64,000 nt of DNA from Felis catus (lineage: Eukaryota), in assembly GCF_018350175.1 (NCBI RefSeq), contig NC_058368.1, forward strand, positions 148,120,001-148,184,000, in the 5' to 3' direction. Below, piece after piece: positions 10,629 to 23,295 of the stretch. The position numbers and the translations under genes were made by a program. The notes below the pieces were generated by a model. That model was not told the DNA's origin. It did no database searches and saw only the letters and a list, made by a program, of their open reading frames with translations. Position 1 is the first letter of the stretch. Each line of letters begins with the position of its first letter.

Positions 10629-12235
10629 GCTGAAGCTAAGCAAACATGAACTAAGTTCAAAGTCAGCATGTATTGGAAAGCGTGAATCTCCAAATGTAAT
10701 ATGTGCTTTTACTCAAAATAGTTCAGAATTATTATTACCAGGATGCAGGTATCACTTACAGAGCCATCTATGAAATCCAGAGAGGCAGAATAACATTATT
10801 TGAACTTTAATTTTTTTTAAATTTTACTTGTAAGTGTAGCTATCCCTATAAATCTTGGATTTTGCTACTTTTCATTATTTTCCAGTGAAAAGAAATAGGG
10901 TCATCACAAAGAGATGGACTCTTTGGAGTAACTAAATTCAACAAGATTTCAAGATCAGGTATTTGTAAGGTCACTGTTAAAATAAAGGAGGCAACTTTGA
11001 TTGACTTGTTTTTAAGAGGCTTTGCTCCCATACACTGCTACCCTATTTCCGAAGCTAAGTGTTGCTGAAATGATTCTCATGAGGTCTAATAAGATAGTAC
11101 ATATTCTCTAAGCTAGGAATTTTAAATGAATTTCTGCTAGGCACATGTGTGGACCGCAAGCTCTGAAGAAATTATTTGGTATATTAGAAAGTTTTTCTGG
11201 CCTAGTGAATGGTTTAGAGATTGATTGTTTACTGCTGCCTGCTTGTAGAGAGTTTATGGACTGTTTGCTTATTTCAAACGGTATAAACTTTGCCAGCAAC
11301 AAAGTTTCCTGTAGAATGTGTCCTCAAGGAAAAATGCATCAGCATCTTAACGGTGAAGGCTAAACAAGATTCAGTTTTTTATATTAAACTATAGATTTTG
11401 AGACTCTATTGCAGAAGCTATCTACTTTTTTCTTATTTCAGAACAGAAAATGGTTACTGCATATTACATGCCTGTCTAGTAATATAGGAACAGAGAGTTC
11501 TCTCATATACACATTCGTATTATTAGCCCCCGTTTTACTTTTGAGTGATACATTCTACATTGATCCTAAAGTTTGATTGGAATAATAATTTTTCCAAATA
11601 TATTCTTGAATCATTAAATATTTTTTTACCCAAACATTTAATAATGTATATATTGAACACTTCACTTTGGCTTGTCATTATTATAGATGGCAGATATATA
11701 CAAATATGTGACACAGGCACAAGTCTTAAATCTGAGAGGAGGGTCTTGATAAGAAGAAAACAATAAACCACTTGGTTCAAAACAGTATTTATTGGTTTTA
11801 TAAATTTCCAATTAGTTTTTGTATGTACTGCAGATCCCCCCAAGTAGATGTTAATTTTATACTTGCTCTCCACCCACCCCCATTCCCACAGTGACTTCAT
11901 CCATACCCTATCTCTCCTGGGTCTTGTCGAACACATTTGTTTATTAAAAGTTTCCAGTCCATTGATAAACAAACTGTTCTTTTGTGCCTAATTAAAAATT
12001 CTCAGATTCATATGGCTAGAGACCTAATGCTATGGGACATATTTTAGTAAGTATATTTTGGTATGTATTAATCCCACTTTTTTTTACCTATAAGAAAATT
12101 AATAAAATAGTCACAAGATTTATTAATCTTCCTACTGCTTTCTTTACACTCTTGCAAGTCCCAGAGTGAAGTCAGTGTTGCTTATAAATTAGGTCAAATT
12201 ATTTATGTATGACAACACAATGAATGTTAGTATAT

Positions 12236-12236
<1 letters not shown>

Positions 12237-12275
<39 letters not shown>

Positions 12276-12278
12276 ATA
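12237..12278. repeat. (TAAA)n microsatellite
   Basis: About 10 perfect units. Confidence 0.95.
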
Positions 12279-12333
12279 GTTCCTGGATACTGAAATTATA
12301 TATTATCAGATATAGGAATCTAAATTAATTCCA

Positions 12334-12569
12334 GAGGGACCTGGGTGGCTCAGTCAGTTAAGCATCTGACTCTTGTTCTCAGCTCAGGTCATGATCTCAC
12401 AGTTCATGACATGGAGCCCCGCATCGGGCTCTGTGCTGACAGTGTGGAGCCTGCTTGGGATTCTCTCTCCTTTTCTCTCTCTGCTCTTCCCCTGTTTGTG
12501 TGGGCGTGTGTGCTTTCTCTCTCCTTCTCAAAATAAATAAATAAAAACTTTATAGAAATAAATAAATAA
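12334..12569 (+). mobile_element. Can-SINE (older)
   Basis: CCTGGGTGGCTCAGTCAGTTAAGCATCTGACTCTTG head; GGCTCTGTGCTGACAG; AATAAA tail. Confidence 0.93.
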
Positions 12570-14353
12570 GGGATTCCAGTGCATCCAAATAGAGTTTAAG
12601 ATTTTTTCTCTAAAGACTAAAAGTAAAAAAAAAAAAAAATCAATATACAGTTTTAATTACATATTATGAATATTGGCATGCTACATTTTCAGTGCATTTA
12701 ATTTTCCATACTCACAAGAAGAATCATTTGTATATTTGGCCAAAATGATCAACCATGTAAAGCTTTTAAAAAGTTTTGCCAATATCATAAAATGTAAAGG
12801 AATAAAATACAAATTAAATTGTTTTCATGATATTCCATGTAAACTCAAGGAAAAGAACTCTTTCACATAATGATTTACCAAATAGAGAAATACTTGGATG
12901 TAAAGCTATGAAATTCATTCAACTCAGTAAAGGGAATTCCTAACATAAAACATTCCTGCTAAGCATTCTGTGCATTTTCAACTGATATATTAAAATTTGG
13001 AAATTCAAAATGCTCTTAAAAGTCGGATTTTAACATGCATTTTAAAATATCTCATATATTTGATATCTGAAAATAAATTGTTACAAAATAGATCAAACTG
13101 TTTCTTATCACTCAGTTAAATTATGAGATGGATTTCAGTAAGTCATCATGCAGTCTGATTATTCTCAGTACTAATCAGGATGCATACATTTATAGGCCAT
13201 GAGTTTACATTTTGGGAAGGAATGTGGCTCACAGGATTGTTAGGAAGGGATAGCAGACACTTACATTGCTTGGCTAGTCTGATCTAGCAATCATTGTTCA
13301 CGGCTAATGAAATTACTTGCATAAACTCTATTACATTATTGTCACTTAAATGTAGAGGGAAATTTTCCACTCCAGTTATAGAATTAAAGATTAAGAAGCA
13401 TTGGTTTGATTCAAATGAATACTCCATGTCCAGTGGACCACTTATTGCTACTGTTATAAATAGGGTATTTTATTTGAAAAATACCTAAAACTCTAAAATT
13501 GTTTCATCCAAGGACTGCTTGAGGATTATAGGCCACAAAAGTCTTCAGGTATTCACTGAGCCATTAAACAAACAATGTAGGCATACATACACAAAAATGT
13601 AGACTGAGATACTCATATCATGAGAGGTACTTTTAAGGTTCACTTGAAAACTAAGGTTTTTTCAAGTATAAAATTATCTTGTGAATAACATTAATAAGCT
13701 AAATGTTATTATTATATTAAATACTCAGAGGAAACATGACCCTCCTATTAGAGGTTGGGACAACATAGTCAAAATGCTTCTAAATGGGAAGGAAAAACAA
13801 ACTCTTTTCCTTGAACTTGTATTGTCAATCTAGTTGTTCTAAAATAGACCACAAAAATACTGTTAGGCAAACTCAGTCCCTTCACTGTTCTCCTTGGTTT
13901 CAAAGAATTGAAAAAGAAGAAAGTGTGGATATATGCTTATAATTACCTTCAAATATTATGTTTTTTATCTGCATAGCCATTTATTGTTAACATATAAGAT
14001 AATGTTTATAAGTAGAGGTATACTTTTTGGTAACATGCTTGAAATTTGAAAAAATTGTTTCACTTTTCTAGTTTTGCATTCATAATCATTGTTCCAAAAG
14101 TTGTTTGTTAAATGAGTTTAGTTACCTTTCCGAGCCACATGTAGAGATAATGAAAAATAGGACTTCAAAGGTTTGTCTAGAATTCTTTAACAGAAAATGC
14201 ACTGTCCCTCATACTTATGTGACATTCACCTGGCATAAGCAAAGATATAGTTCTCTTGATAATTTGCTAAATCATTTATACTTAAAACTGCTATTATATA
14301 ATTATATCAATATGGTATACTGAAACATAGGTTACAAAAATAAATGTTTATAT

Positions 14354-14563
14354 GGGGCGTCTGGGTGGCGCAGTCGGTTAAGCGTCCGACTTCAGCCAGG
14401 TCACGATCTCGCGGTCCATGAGTTCGAGCCCCGCATCAGGTTCTGGGCTGATGGCTCAGAGCCTGGAGCTTGTTTCCGATTCTGTGTCTCCCTCTCTCTC
14501 TGCCCCTCCCCCGTTCATGCTCTGTCTCTCTCTGTCCCCCCCCCAAAAAAAAAAAGTTGAAAA
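14354..14563 (+). mobile_element. Can-SINE, young felid subfamily
   Basis: 17-bp TSD AAAAATAAATGTTTATA (14336-14352, 14564-14580); CpGs largely intact. Confidence 0.96.
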
Positions 14564-14649
14564 AAAAATAAATGTTTATAAAATAATAAATGTTCACAAA
14601 ATATTTTATTCGATTAATATTCTATTAATATGGAGACAGTAATGTGTCT

Positions 14650-15700
14650 CCCCAAGAGATAGATAAAACAAAATTAAAATTCAAATGAGAGAGATTTCTT
14701 CGAGATGAAGACATTGAAGAAGTTATTATGGATGTGAATTCGCATGGGGCCAGAAAAAGGAGTGGCATTTGAACCTGTTCCTTGGTCTTGAGAAAACAGG
14801 GCCGAAGAGCAGGAGAAAGAATTAACAGACATTTATGACAGGGGAGGGGAGAACTCTTATGGAGTTACTGAAGTATGGAACATAAAGTAGGAAAACTTAT
14901 ATAGATCTAGATAGAAGAGCTTTTAATGCCTAACCTATGACTTACAACTCTGCTGTCACATCTCTATAAAGTTGTAAAAGGGGAAGATGGAAATGCCAAA
15001 GTAAACTTCCATAGATTTCAGCGTTAGAAAACAGATTTGGGAATATTTGGCCTACAGAGGTGAGCCAACTGGTGTGAACTGAAGGTATTTGCTGTTGAAG
15101 AAAACCTAGAAGAAATTAAGAAAAAGAAAAAAAAAGGAGTCTCGAGTAGATTTGGAGTTTAACAAAAAGACAAGAAACATCTGGAGAAGCAGCTGGAAGA
15201 AGAGAAAAGATTTTGAATACCTTAGAAAGAATTGTGTTGCAAACCAAGGAAGCAGAGAAGTCCCCATGAGGCCTATCAACAATATCAAAACATACAGAGA
15301 AACACACTACAAACAGACAACAAAATCTAATCTTTGGTTTGATTATCATTGTAGAGTAGTATAGATTCAACAAGAAGGTAGATGTAAAGAAACTAAGGAA
15401 AGCAATAGAGTAGAACAGGAGAATTAGGGTATTAAAATAAGAAGTGTTGAAATGGAGAGAAGAATCTGATAAAAAAGCAAAGGAATGTAAAAGATGGCAT
15501 CTGAACTGTGATCGCGTGTACAACATAAGATATGCAAGATTTTAATGACACAACCGTATAGGAGGTATGAAAGGGCATGAGGCAGTGGCAAGGGAGTAGA
15601 TTTTTAGAGTATGATATCCAATCAGTTGGATAATTCCTAGTGAAGAGGAAGTTTAAATACACTTATTTTCATGAACAGCAAATAAGAGATGAAGCACTAG
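14650..15700 (-). mobile_element. Possible very old L2 remnant
   Basis: Purine-rich top strand with L2-like phrases (TCAACAATATCAAAACATACAGAGA...CTTTGGTTTG); highly degenerate. Confidence 0.35.
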
Positions 15701-16532
15701 AACAGAGAAAACAGAATATGTTGAGACTTGCATTTTGAAACAGTCAACCCTAAGCATGTTAAAACCTCCCCAAATGGTAACAGATACAATATTAATATAA
15801 AGTTTTCAATGACGAGCACTAGAATCACTAAGGGAATATTAGAGAAAGTTCTGGAATTTAAAGGTAACATTAATAATAGTGATGATGTCCATGTATACAC
15901 CATGTGCAATTCATACACTCCCTGATGTGAAAACAGAACTAATTCTTCTGAACATTTATTTATAGAAACTTTGAGCAAAGAGGAGAATTGAGATTTGCTG
16001 GAGCATATTACCATATTCTTTAGTACACTCTCCTTCAAAGTATTTGAAAGGCATTCAGCATTCTGAAAAGTTTTTGCTGAAAATGACAACTTTATGAGAA
16101 ATCTGTTACCTAATAATAAAAACTATAACAACAGCACTTAATAATGATGACAATAATAATGATAATGATGATGGTGATGTTCATGAATACATAATCCCTG
16201 GCATCATAAACCCTTATGAATAGCTTTAACAGTTGGAATTTAACATCCAAATTTTTGGTTCAAACATCATCAAACACTGAGTCACTGGCAGCCTTAAAGG
16301 CTGAAACAGATGAAAATGAAGTGGGGTATTTTTGTTTAATATACAATTCAACTAGCAACATTTACATTCTTGAAAAAAAAAGTGGTATTAACAACAAAAC
16401 AAAAACACACAACCTATCTATGTTGCATTGAAATATTCATTGAAATTTACCTCAGTAAGTATTTGCTATTCTGACCTTAGGTCAGCAGAATTTTTTGTCA
16501 ATATTTCCCTTTCTTTTGGAGTCCATGTTTTG

Positions 16533-16747
16533 GGGGCGCCTGGGTGGCTCAGTCAGTTAAGCATCCAACTTCAGCTGAGGTCATGCTCTCAAGGTTTGTG
16601 AGTTCAAGCCCTGTGTCCAGCTCTGTGCTGACAGCTCAGAGCCTGGAGCCTATTTTAGATGGTGTGTTCCCCTCTCTCTCTCTCTGCCCCTCCCCCACTC
16701 GTACTCTGTGTCTTTCTCTCTCAAAAATAAATAAACATTAAAAAAAA
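16533..16747 (+). mobile_element. Can-SINE
   Basis: GGGGCGCCTGGGTGGCTCAGTC head, full body, AATAAA tail. Confidence 0.94.
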
Positions 16748-17059
16748 TTAGAATCCAGATTTTGTTGTCTGGTTCATTCTCATCCTCACTATAAGCCCAA
16801 AGAAAAAAAATTGCTCAGTTAAGAGAAAATAAAATTTAAATATCCTGTAAAATGAAAAATTAAAAACAGAAATTGAAGGAAAAATAAAATAAATCTTGCC
16901 TGGTTTTCCAAATGAAAAAGAAAAAGAAAACATATATTTAAAATTGGAATCACTCCCTACTGAATTCTGAAATATATTATGGAAAACTATGTGTATGCAA
17001 GTACATGCACAGACAGATATAAGCATATGAAACCTTGAACTTACTAGCTGTCTTACAAC

Positions 17060-17343
17060 CCTTACATCCCTGCATGCTATGTGGGCAAACCCCGAAGAGC
17101 CTGCTGAAGAACGAGAGAAAACTTGGAACATGGACAGCCATACTTAATGAACCGATTTAGACCTGTCAGCGCTCAGCAGACTCGGTAGCTGACTACAGAT
17201 GCATAGTTGAGCCTGGCCAAGATCAGCTGAACCACCATTTTAGAGCAACTCAAATTGTCATGTCGCAGAAAGTGAGCTAAATAAATAGATGTTATATTAA
17301 GCTACCGAGTTTAGGGGTGGCACAGTTAAAATAACTGAATACA
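17060..17343 (+). mobile_element. MLT1 (MaLR) LTR 3' part
   Basis: GCTGACTACAGATGCAT..GAGCCTGGCCAAGATCAGC...GAGCTAAATAAAT..TTAAGCTACCGAGTTTAGGGGTGG...ATAACTGAATACA terminus. Confidence 0.7.
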
Positions 17344-17608
17344 AATGCACTGAAGGAATCAAAGTAATAAGAAAAAGTCTACACATTTTTTTTTAATATC
17401 TTAAAATTGCCTCTAGCAATATAGGCATTGTTGGGAAAAAGGCTTGCACCAGGGTTATTTGTTGGGGAGAAAAATCATTCCACATTTAAATTTTAGTATA
17501 ATTGCTCCATTTCACTTTACGAGATTAGCTGACAAAAAATGAATATGAATGCAGACCCTAAGGGACTGGAAGAAAGAAATGGAACTATGAAAAACTGGAA
17601 TCAGTCTA

Positions 17609-17744
17609 TAGGGTAACCATATGACTTGGTTTGTCTGGAGCCAAGCATTGGTATTCCCAATATCCTGTCTATCTTAACATTTTTCCCACTTGTTTCTTTC
17701 TTAAATATGTTTCCGACTGGACAAGAGATTATACAGTCAATCTA
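17609..17744 (-). mobile_element. MER94-like hAT-Blackjack MITE
   Basis: Ends TAGGGTAACCATATG and ATTATACAGTCAATCTA form degenerate TIRs about 135 bp apart. Confidence 0.6.
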
Positions 17745-19170
17745 GTACCTGGCAACAAGGTAGCTGGGTAAACACTTCCTCTGTACATAGTTTTTCGTAG
17801 TCAGGTAGTATTTAAATAACACTTTCCAACAATGAAGAACCATTAGTAACTTCATGCACTTTCCTTGCCTCATGTTTAAAATAAATATTCTGTAAATATA
17901 ATTCCTTTGTAATAATTCATTTTAAAAGGTCTTAAAGCAGGTGAAGAAGTTTAATCTATTTCCTGTCAGATGGTATAGACTCACAATATTAGCTGCTTTT
18001 GAATGCTGCCCCATATTTAAATATAAGCAAAGATAACAAAGGTTTTCAGAAATCATTAGCTATATGGAATTAGAAATGAGAAATACGTTAGTAATTGCTT
18101 GGTTTGCTGAAACTGTATTTGAAGTGGTACAATTTTAAAACGAAAGATATTTTTGTTTGGAGAATGATTTTCAGAAGAATTACTCCAAATTTCAAGATGA
18201 GGAGAGAGCTGATAAGCTACCCTGATCTACAAAGTCCTACTGGGAAACCTGTTTATGGAAGCGACATATTTCTTGCTTTTCCACCACCAAACTGATTTCT
18301 GCTACAGGAAAGGAAAATAAAACATGAAAAGGCTATAACCTTGTGATTATTTGCAGAAATAAACAAAAATTTACCACACAAAGTATGTGTCTGTTACCTG
18401 CGCAGCTACAGCAAAGCATGAAACTTCGATGAAACCGCTCTTTAAAAGAATTTAATATATAGCGATACATATGTGAGTTATATCTTTAGTCAGTGCTACT
18501 AGTTATCAGTAAATAAAAGTGTTTCTGAAATCAGCAAATATGGTACTTTTAAACTAGAAAGCTAATTTGCACTTATTATTTTCATTTGATCCACTTAAAT
18601 TTCTAAAGGACGAAAGAAATATTAAACATTGCTACTAACTATAATTTGACTTGCAGCCTCTGGTTTATAGCCACTATTACTCAAACACACTATCATCAAT
18701 GTCATCTGTTCACATTTTCAAGCTATAAAACTGGGAATGTTCACAAACATGGCAAATTTTCCATTCACTATCCATATAACCCATTACCCAAATCTCCAAG
18801 TTCTTTTTTTTTATACTTCCTTTGAAATATCTGTTAAGACATACCTTCTGTATTAGTCTTATTTTACTCCATCTTCTATACTGTCAGAGAAGCAAACTTC
18901 CTAAAATTTAACCTTGATTATGGCACTCCTAAACTTCATGTTACTGTTTTTCAAACTATATTCAATTCCCTAATCCATCTGCCTTAGAATCACTTGAGGA
19001 GGTGTTTTTGTTTTGTTTTATATATTAGTATTCATTATTTAGGTAGGATTTACTCCACACCTTATAGTCTCAAAAGTGACCATGGAAACTGTTCTTTACT
19101 AAGTTCCCAAGGTGACATTCCCAAGGTGAGAACTATTTCAAGGACGACAAAGGTTTACTATATCCTTCTT

Positions 19171-19395
19171 TTTTTAAAAACATTTTTTTTCAACGTTTAT
19201 TTATTTTTGGGACAGAGAGAGACAGAGCATGAACGGGGGAGGGTCAGAGAGAGAGGGAGACACAGAATCGGAAACAGGCTCAGGCTCTGAGCCATCATCA
19301 GCCCAGAGCCTGATGCGGGGCTGGAGCTCCCGGACCGCGAGATCGTGACCTGGCTGAAGTCGGACGCCCAACCGACTGCGCCACCCAGGCGCCCC
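19171..19395 (-). mobile_element. Can-SINE, young felid subfamily
   Basis: 15-bp TSD TACTATATCCTTCTT (19156-19170, 19396-19410). Confidence 0.96.
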
Positions 19396-19423
19396 TACTA
19401 TATCCTTCTTAATAAAAACTGAG

Positions 19424-19800
19424 TGTAGAATATTAAATAATACCCTCCCCTCATATGTCCAAGTCCTAATCCCAGGAACTTGTGCACGTTACATCATATG
19501 AAAAACAAAAAAAAAAAAACCAAAAAAAACAAAACAAAAAACAAAGACAAAGACAAAAACAAACAAACAAAAAACAACCTTTACCAATGTTATTAAAGTC
19601 TTAAAATGGGGAGATTACCCTGAATGACACAACAGTCTTTTTAAGAAGACGGTGGTAGGAGTCAGATTTTGAGAAGGTGATGTGATGACACAAATGGACG
19701 TGGATTTCACTGCTTAAATTATTGGCTTGGAAGATGGAAGGGAACCAGGAGGCAAAAAACCCAGTTAGTCTCTAGAAGATGAAAGGGTAAGGAAACAGAA
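19424..19800 (+). mobile_element. MLT1D-like MaLR LTR with internal A-rich expansion (19500-19578)
   Basis: ATGTCCAAGTCCTAATCCCAGGAACTTGTG; ATGGGGAGATTACCCTG; GGCTTGGAAGATGGAAG; TCTAGAAGATGAAAGGGTAAGGAAACAGA. Confidence 0.75.
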
Positions 19801-20830
19801 GTTGCAGGAGTTTCTCTTCGTGGCTCTTGGGATGAGACTCCTGCTTTCCTACCAAGCCTTTTTTCCTATGCTCCTCTACATACATTCATGTTTCCTTTTA
19901 TTTTTTTAAAAAGTTCTTTAGATTAATTTCCTTTTACAAAACACCATGCTCTATTCTGCTTTCTTCACTCAAGCTAGTCCTTTCATCCTCAATAGTCTCT
20001 CTTTACATCTTTTCCCAGTAGATTAAAATCCCCGTTTTCCAGGATTCACCATAGACATCAGCTAATGTAGAAAATTTCCCTTTCATCCTTCTTGTGAAAT
20101 GGTTTCCTAGGCCATTTAGGTTTTTCACAATTTTCAGGTTCTTTTTGGTAAAAGTTAGTATCTGGTATGCTACTGAGAAAGGAAACCTTCACTCCACCTC
20201 TGTCAAAAGTATAAAAGCTAGTTAGGAAAAAGTATAAAACCTATTCTTGTAAGTTTGGTAAAATACCTTACATACATAAATACTTCATAGGAAGCAGATG
20301 TAACAATATTATGGCAGCAGTTTTCAGCTAATCATCATCAGATAATTAGTCATCTCAGTTAAATTTTTAATTATGTTGGGGGACATAAAACTAAATGGGA
20401 TCATAGGCTAAGAACACCACTAGTAAGAGTATTGAGCCTTAAGATTTGCCAACTTATTATACCAAATGTACTTCTATCTTAAATTAATTGCTGGGAAAGT
20501 ATGGATTAAATTAGCTTATACACAGACTTTTAAAATAAAATTATGTTAATATAATGACTCTCTTCATTAGTGTTCTACAATTTTTGTTGATATGGTTCAT
20601 AATTCAGTATAAAAGGAATACTGCATATTCTAGCAAATCATATTTATTACACAGAATATGATTATAAAAGTTAGAATGCTATTTTATAATATTAATTAAA
20701 ATATTTTTTCAAGATCACTGATAACAATTTTAAGCTCTTATGAAAGTAACTGAGAGTATTTGCATATATAAACACAAGGATTCCTGAATTAACCTAAATA
20801 AGGATAAGAGTGTATCAAGAAGAAAAGACA

Positions 20831-21045
20831 GGGGCACCTGGGTGGCTCAGTCAGTTAAGTGCCAACTTTGGCTCAGGTCATGATCTCATGGTTTGTGGGT
20901 TCGAGCCCCACTTTGGGCCCTGTGCTGACAGCTCAGAGCCTCAAGCCTACTTGGGATTCTGTGTGTGTCTCTCTCTCTCTCCGCCCCTCTCCTTCTTGCA
21001 CTCTGTCTCTGTCTCTCTCAAAACTAAATAAACGTTAAAAAAAAA
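20831..21045 (+). mobile_element. Can-SINE
   Basis: 14-bp TSD AAGAAGAAAAGACA (20817-20830, 21046-21059). Confidence 0.95.
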
Positions 21046-23295
21046 AAGAAGAAAAGACAGGTTATGTTGCTTTTATTTGTTATTTGATGGAGAGTTGTTA
21101 TTTGTGTGTACTTATACACACTTGTGCATAATGAACTCTCTGTAGATTGATAGTAACTAAAACCTAGAACATCTTACGGTATCGGCAGCCTCATAGTCAA
21201 AGTAAATGATTATCCTGGTGGTGAAAAAATTAGCTGTTGAACACTCTGTATCAACAACTATGTCAAGTATTCAAATGCCGTTTCTACAATAATTTCTCAA
21301 AATAATTCTGTGCAGTAGGTTGCCCAAGATCACATACAGAAGGGATGTAACAATATGCAGCCCAATTTTAGGATCTATAACATTTGCCATTACATGGCCA
21401 TTGGCTGCTAGTGTCCAAGTCAACTTCTGTCACATCCTTATCATTCAACTGGAATGAAGGGATGTCCTCTGGTAAGAACTTCTGATATTAGCGCACTTCA
21501 CAAATCTTCAAGCAAATGCAGCCAGAGTTACTGAAACTGGATCTGTCAGACATTCCAAGGATACACAAATGGTTTGCCATATATTTCTCTATGGAAATTG
21601 TTAGTTTCTAATTAACAGTTTCCCAAATGATACAAGACAATGCACATGTGTTTGAGTTGGCCATGACAGAGTAATAAAGAATCAAATTTAAGCAGTGATT
21701 GCACTCAAATTGTTCTCACTGGTAGACCCATTAAGCCAAAGAAAATTTTGACTGTAAACACCATATTCTGAATGCTCTATCAATAAGAATACCATACTTC
21801 AACCATTAACTAAGCAACATATGAACTTACACAGTGTTCAGGATAAATAATTTTCATTAACTCTAAAAAGTAAATTTCATATCAATAGACCTCCTGTTCT
21901 CCAGCTTCAGGGCACATCATGATAAGTAAAAGGCTGTGGCATAGTGAGCTCTGGAAAATGGTAGATCAGGAAAACCCAGAGATCACCCCATCCAAAGTTT
22001 ACAACCAGATATCACCCACATCTAAGCCAATAAACAGGAAAGTGATCCAAAAATTGACAGAACAAACTCCACAACAAAATATAGAAAAGAAGTTGCATCT
22101 AAAAGGTTAGGAAGGTCAAAAAGCCTAAGGGAAGCTGCCCACAGGAGGGAGGGAACTGTGCATGAAGAGAGGGCAGAGAAATAGGCTCAAATCAGGGAAC
22201 TCACACAGGGAAGATTAATAAATCCCCATAACATTTCGCATTGTAAACCAGAGATGCTGAACTCTGTGAGTTTGTATAATCAATAGGACTTGAAGCCTAG
22301 AGCTTTAAAAGTCAGCTGACTGGGCAAGCCTGGAAGGCTAGTGCTAGCTGGGCCGTTGCCCTTAAAGAGACAGCAGCCTATGCTGAGAGGCAACATAAAA
22401 CTGGTAGTTGACACAACACAAAGGGAAAACAGCAGACAGATCTGTTCATACTCATTTCAGAGCATGTTGGGAAACTTCTCTGAAAAGGGAGGAGCCAGAA
22501 GGCATCATTTTTCTTCCCCATCCCAGCATGAACACAGAGCCATTTGCAAAAGGCAGGGCTGCACATATACCTGCTGGCTAATGAGCTTCGTAACCTACTG
22601 GTAGTGTGCCACAGCCATGAGTCTCCTGAGGACTCCACCACCCCAGTCCTGCTAGTCTAGGTCCTGAGCTCAGGGCAAATTTTGTTGAAGTCCAGTGGAC
22701 CCTGGCCAACTACTGGGTGCACAGCTGCCACTGCAGTTGGCCTCACATCCCCAGCCACTGTCATGCTCCCAGCCCAACCACCAGGTGCATACCTGCCACC
22801 AAGTGCTATGCCCAGTTGCCGTGCTGCATTCAGCCATGTGCCCCCCAGTTACAGCGCCTTCTGTCACACCCAGTGTCATACACCCAGTGTCATGTCCCAG
22901 TCGCTATAGCGCTTTGGGGGATCCAGCATAGGAATAGTGGTCCAGCCCAAATTTTCCTAACACCTTAACCCTGCTCACAGTTTCCCCAGTGGGCGTGCTC
23001 CCTCACAGCTAGCCTGCCTGGTCTCACTAACACCACAAAGAGCAAGCATAGCCCACAACAGGCAGAGAGTCAGTGCAGACAACTGCACAGAAAGGAAAAG
23101 TGATGCAGATACAACAGCAGGGTGTAAGCAACACACAGAGGATGCTCTCCTAAAGTACCAGGTTCTGGTGAATAGGGGCCACTGCACTGCAGGGCACTAT
23201 AGGACTTCTGCATAAAGTCACTGCTTCCAAGAGAAGAAGACATAGCTGACTATTTTAACAATGGAAAAAAAAAACAACAAAAAGAAACAGACAAA

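Larger units (their letters stand above)
18690..20080 (+). mobile_element. Fragmented L2 remnant, interrupted by a SINE and MLT1D
   Basis: Pyrimidine-rich L2-like phrases (CTATACTGTCAGAGAAGCAAACTTCCTAAAATTTAACCTTGATTATGGCACTCC). Confidence 0.4.

Noticed and set aside
22670..22968. Overlapping Pro/Cys/His-rich ORFs
   Set aside because: They arise from the GC-rich repetitive L1 5'UTR.
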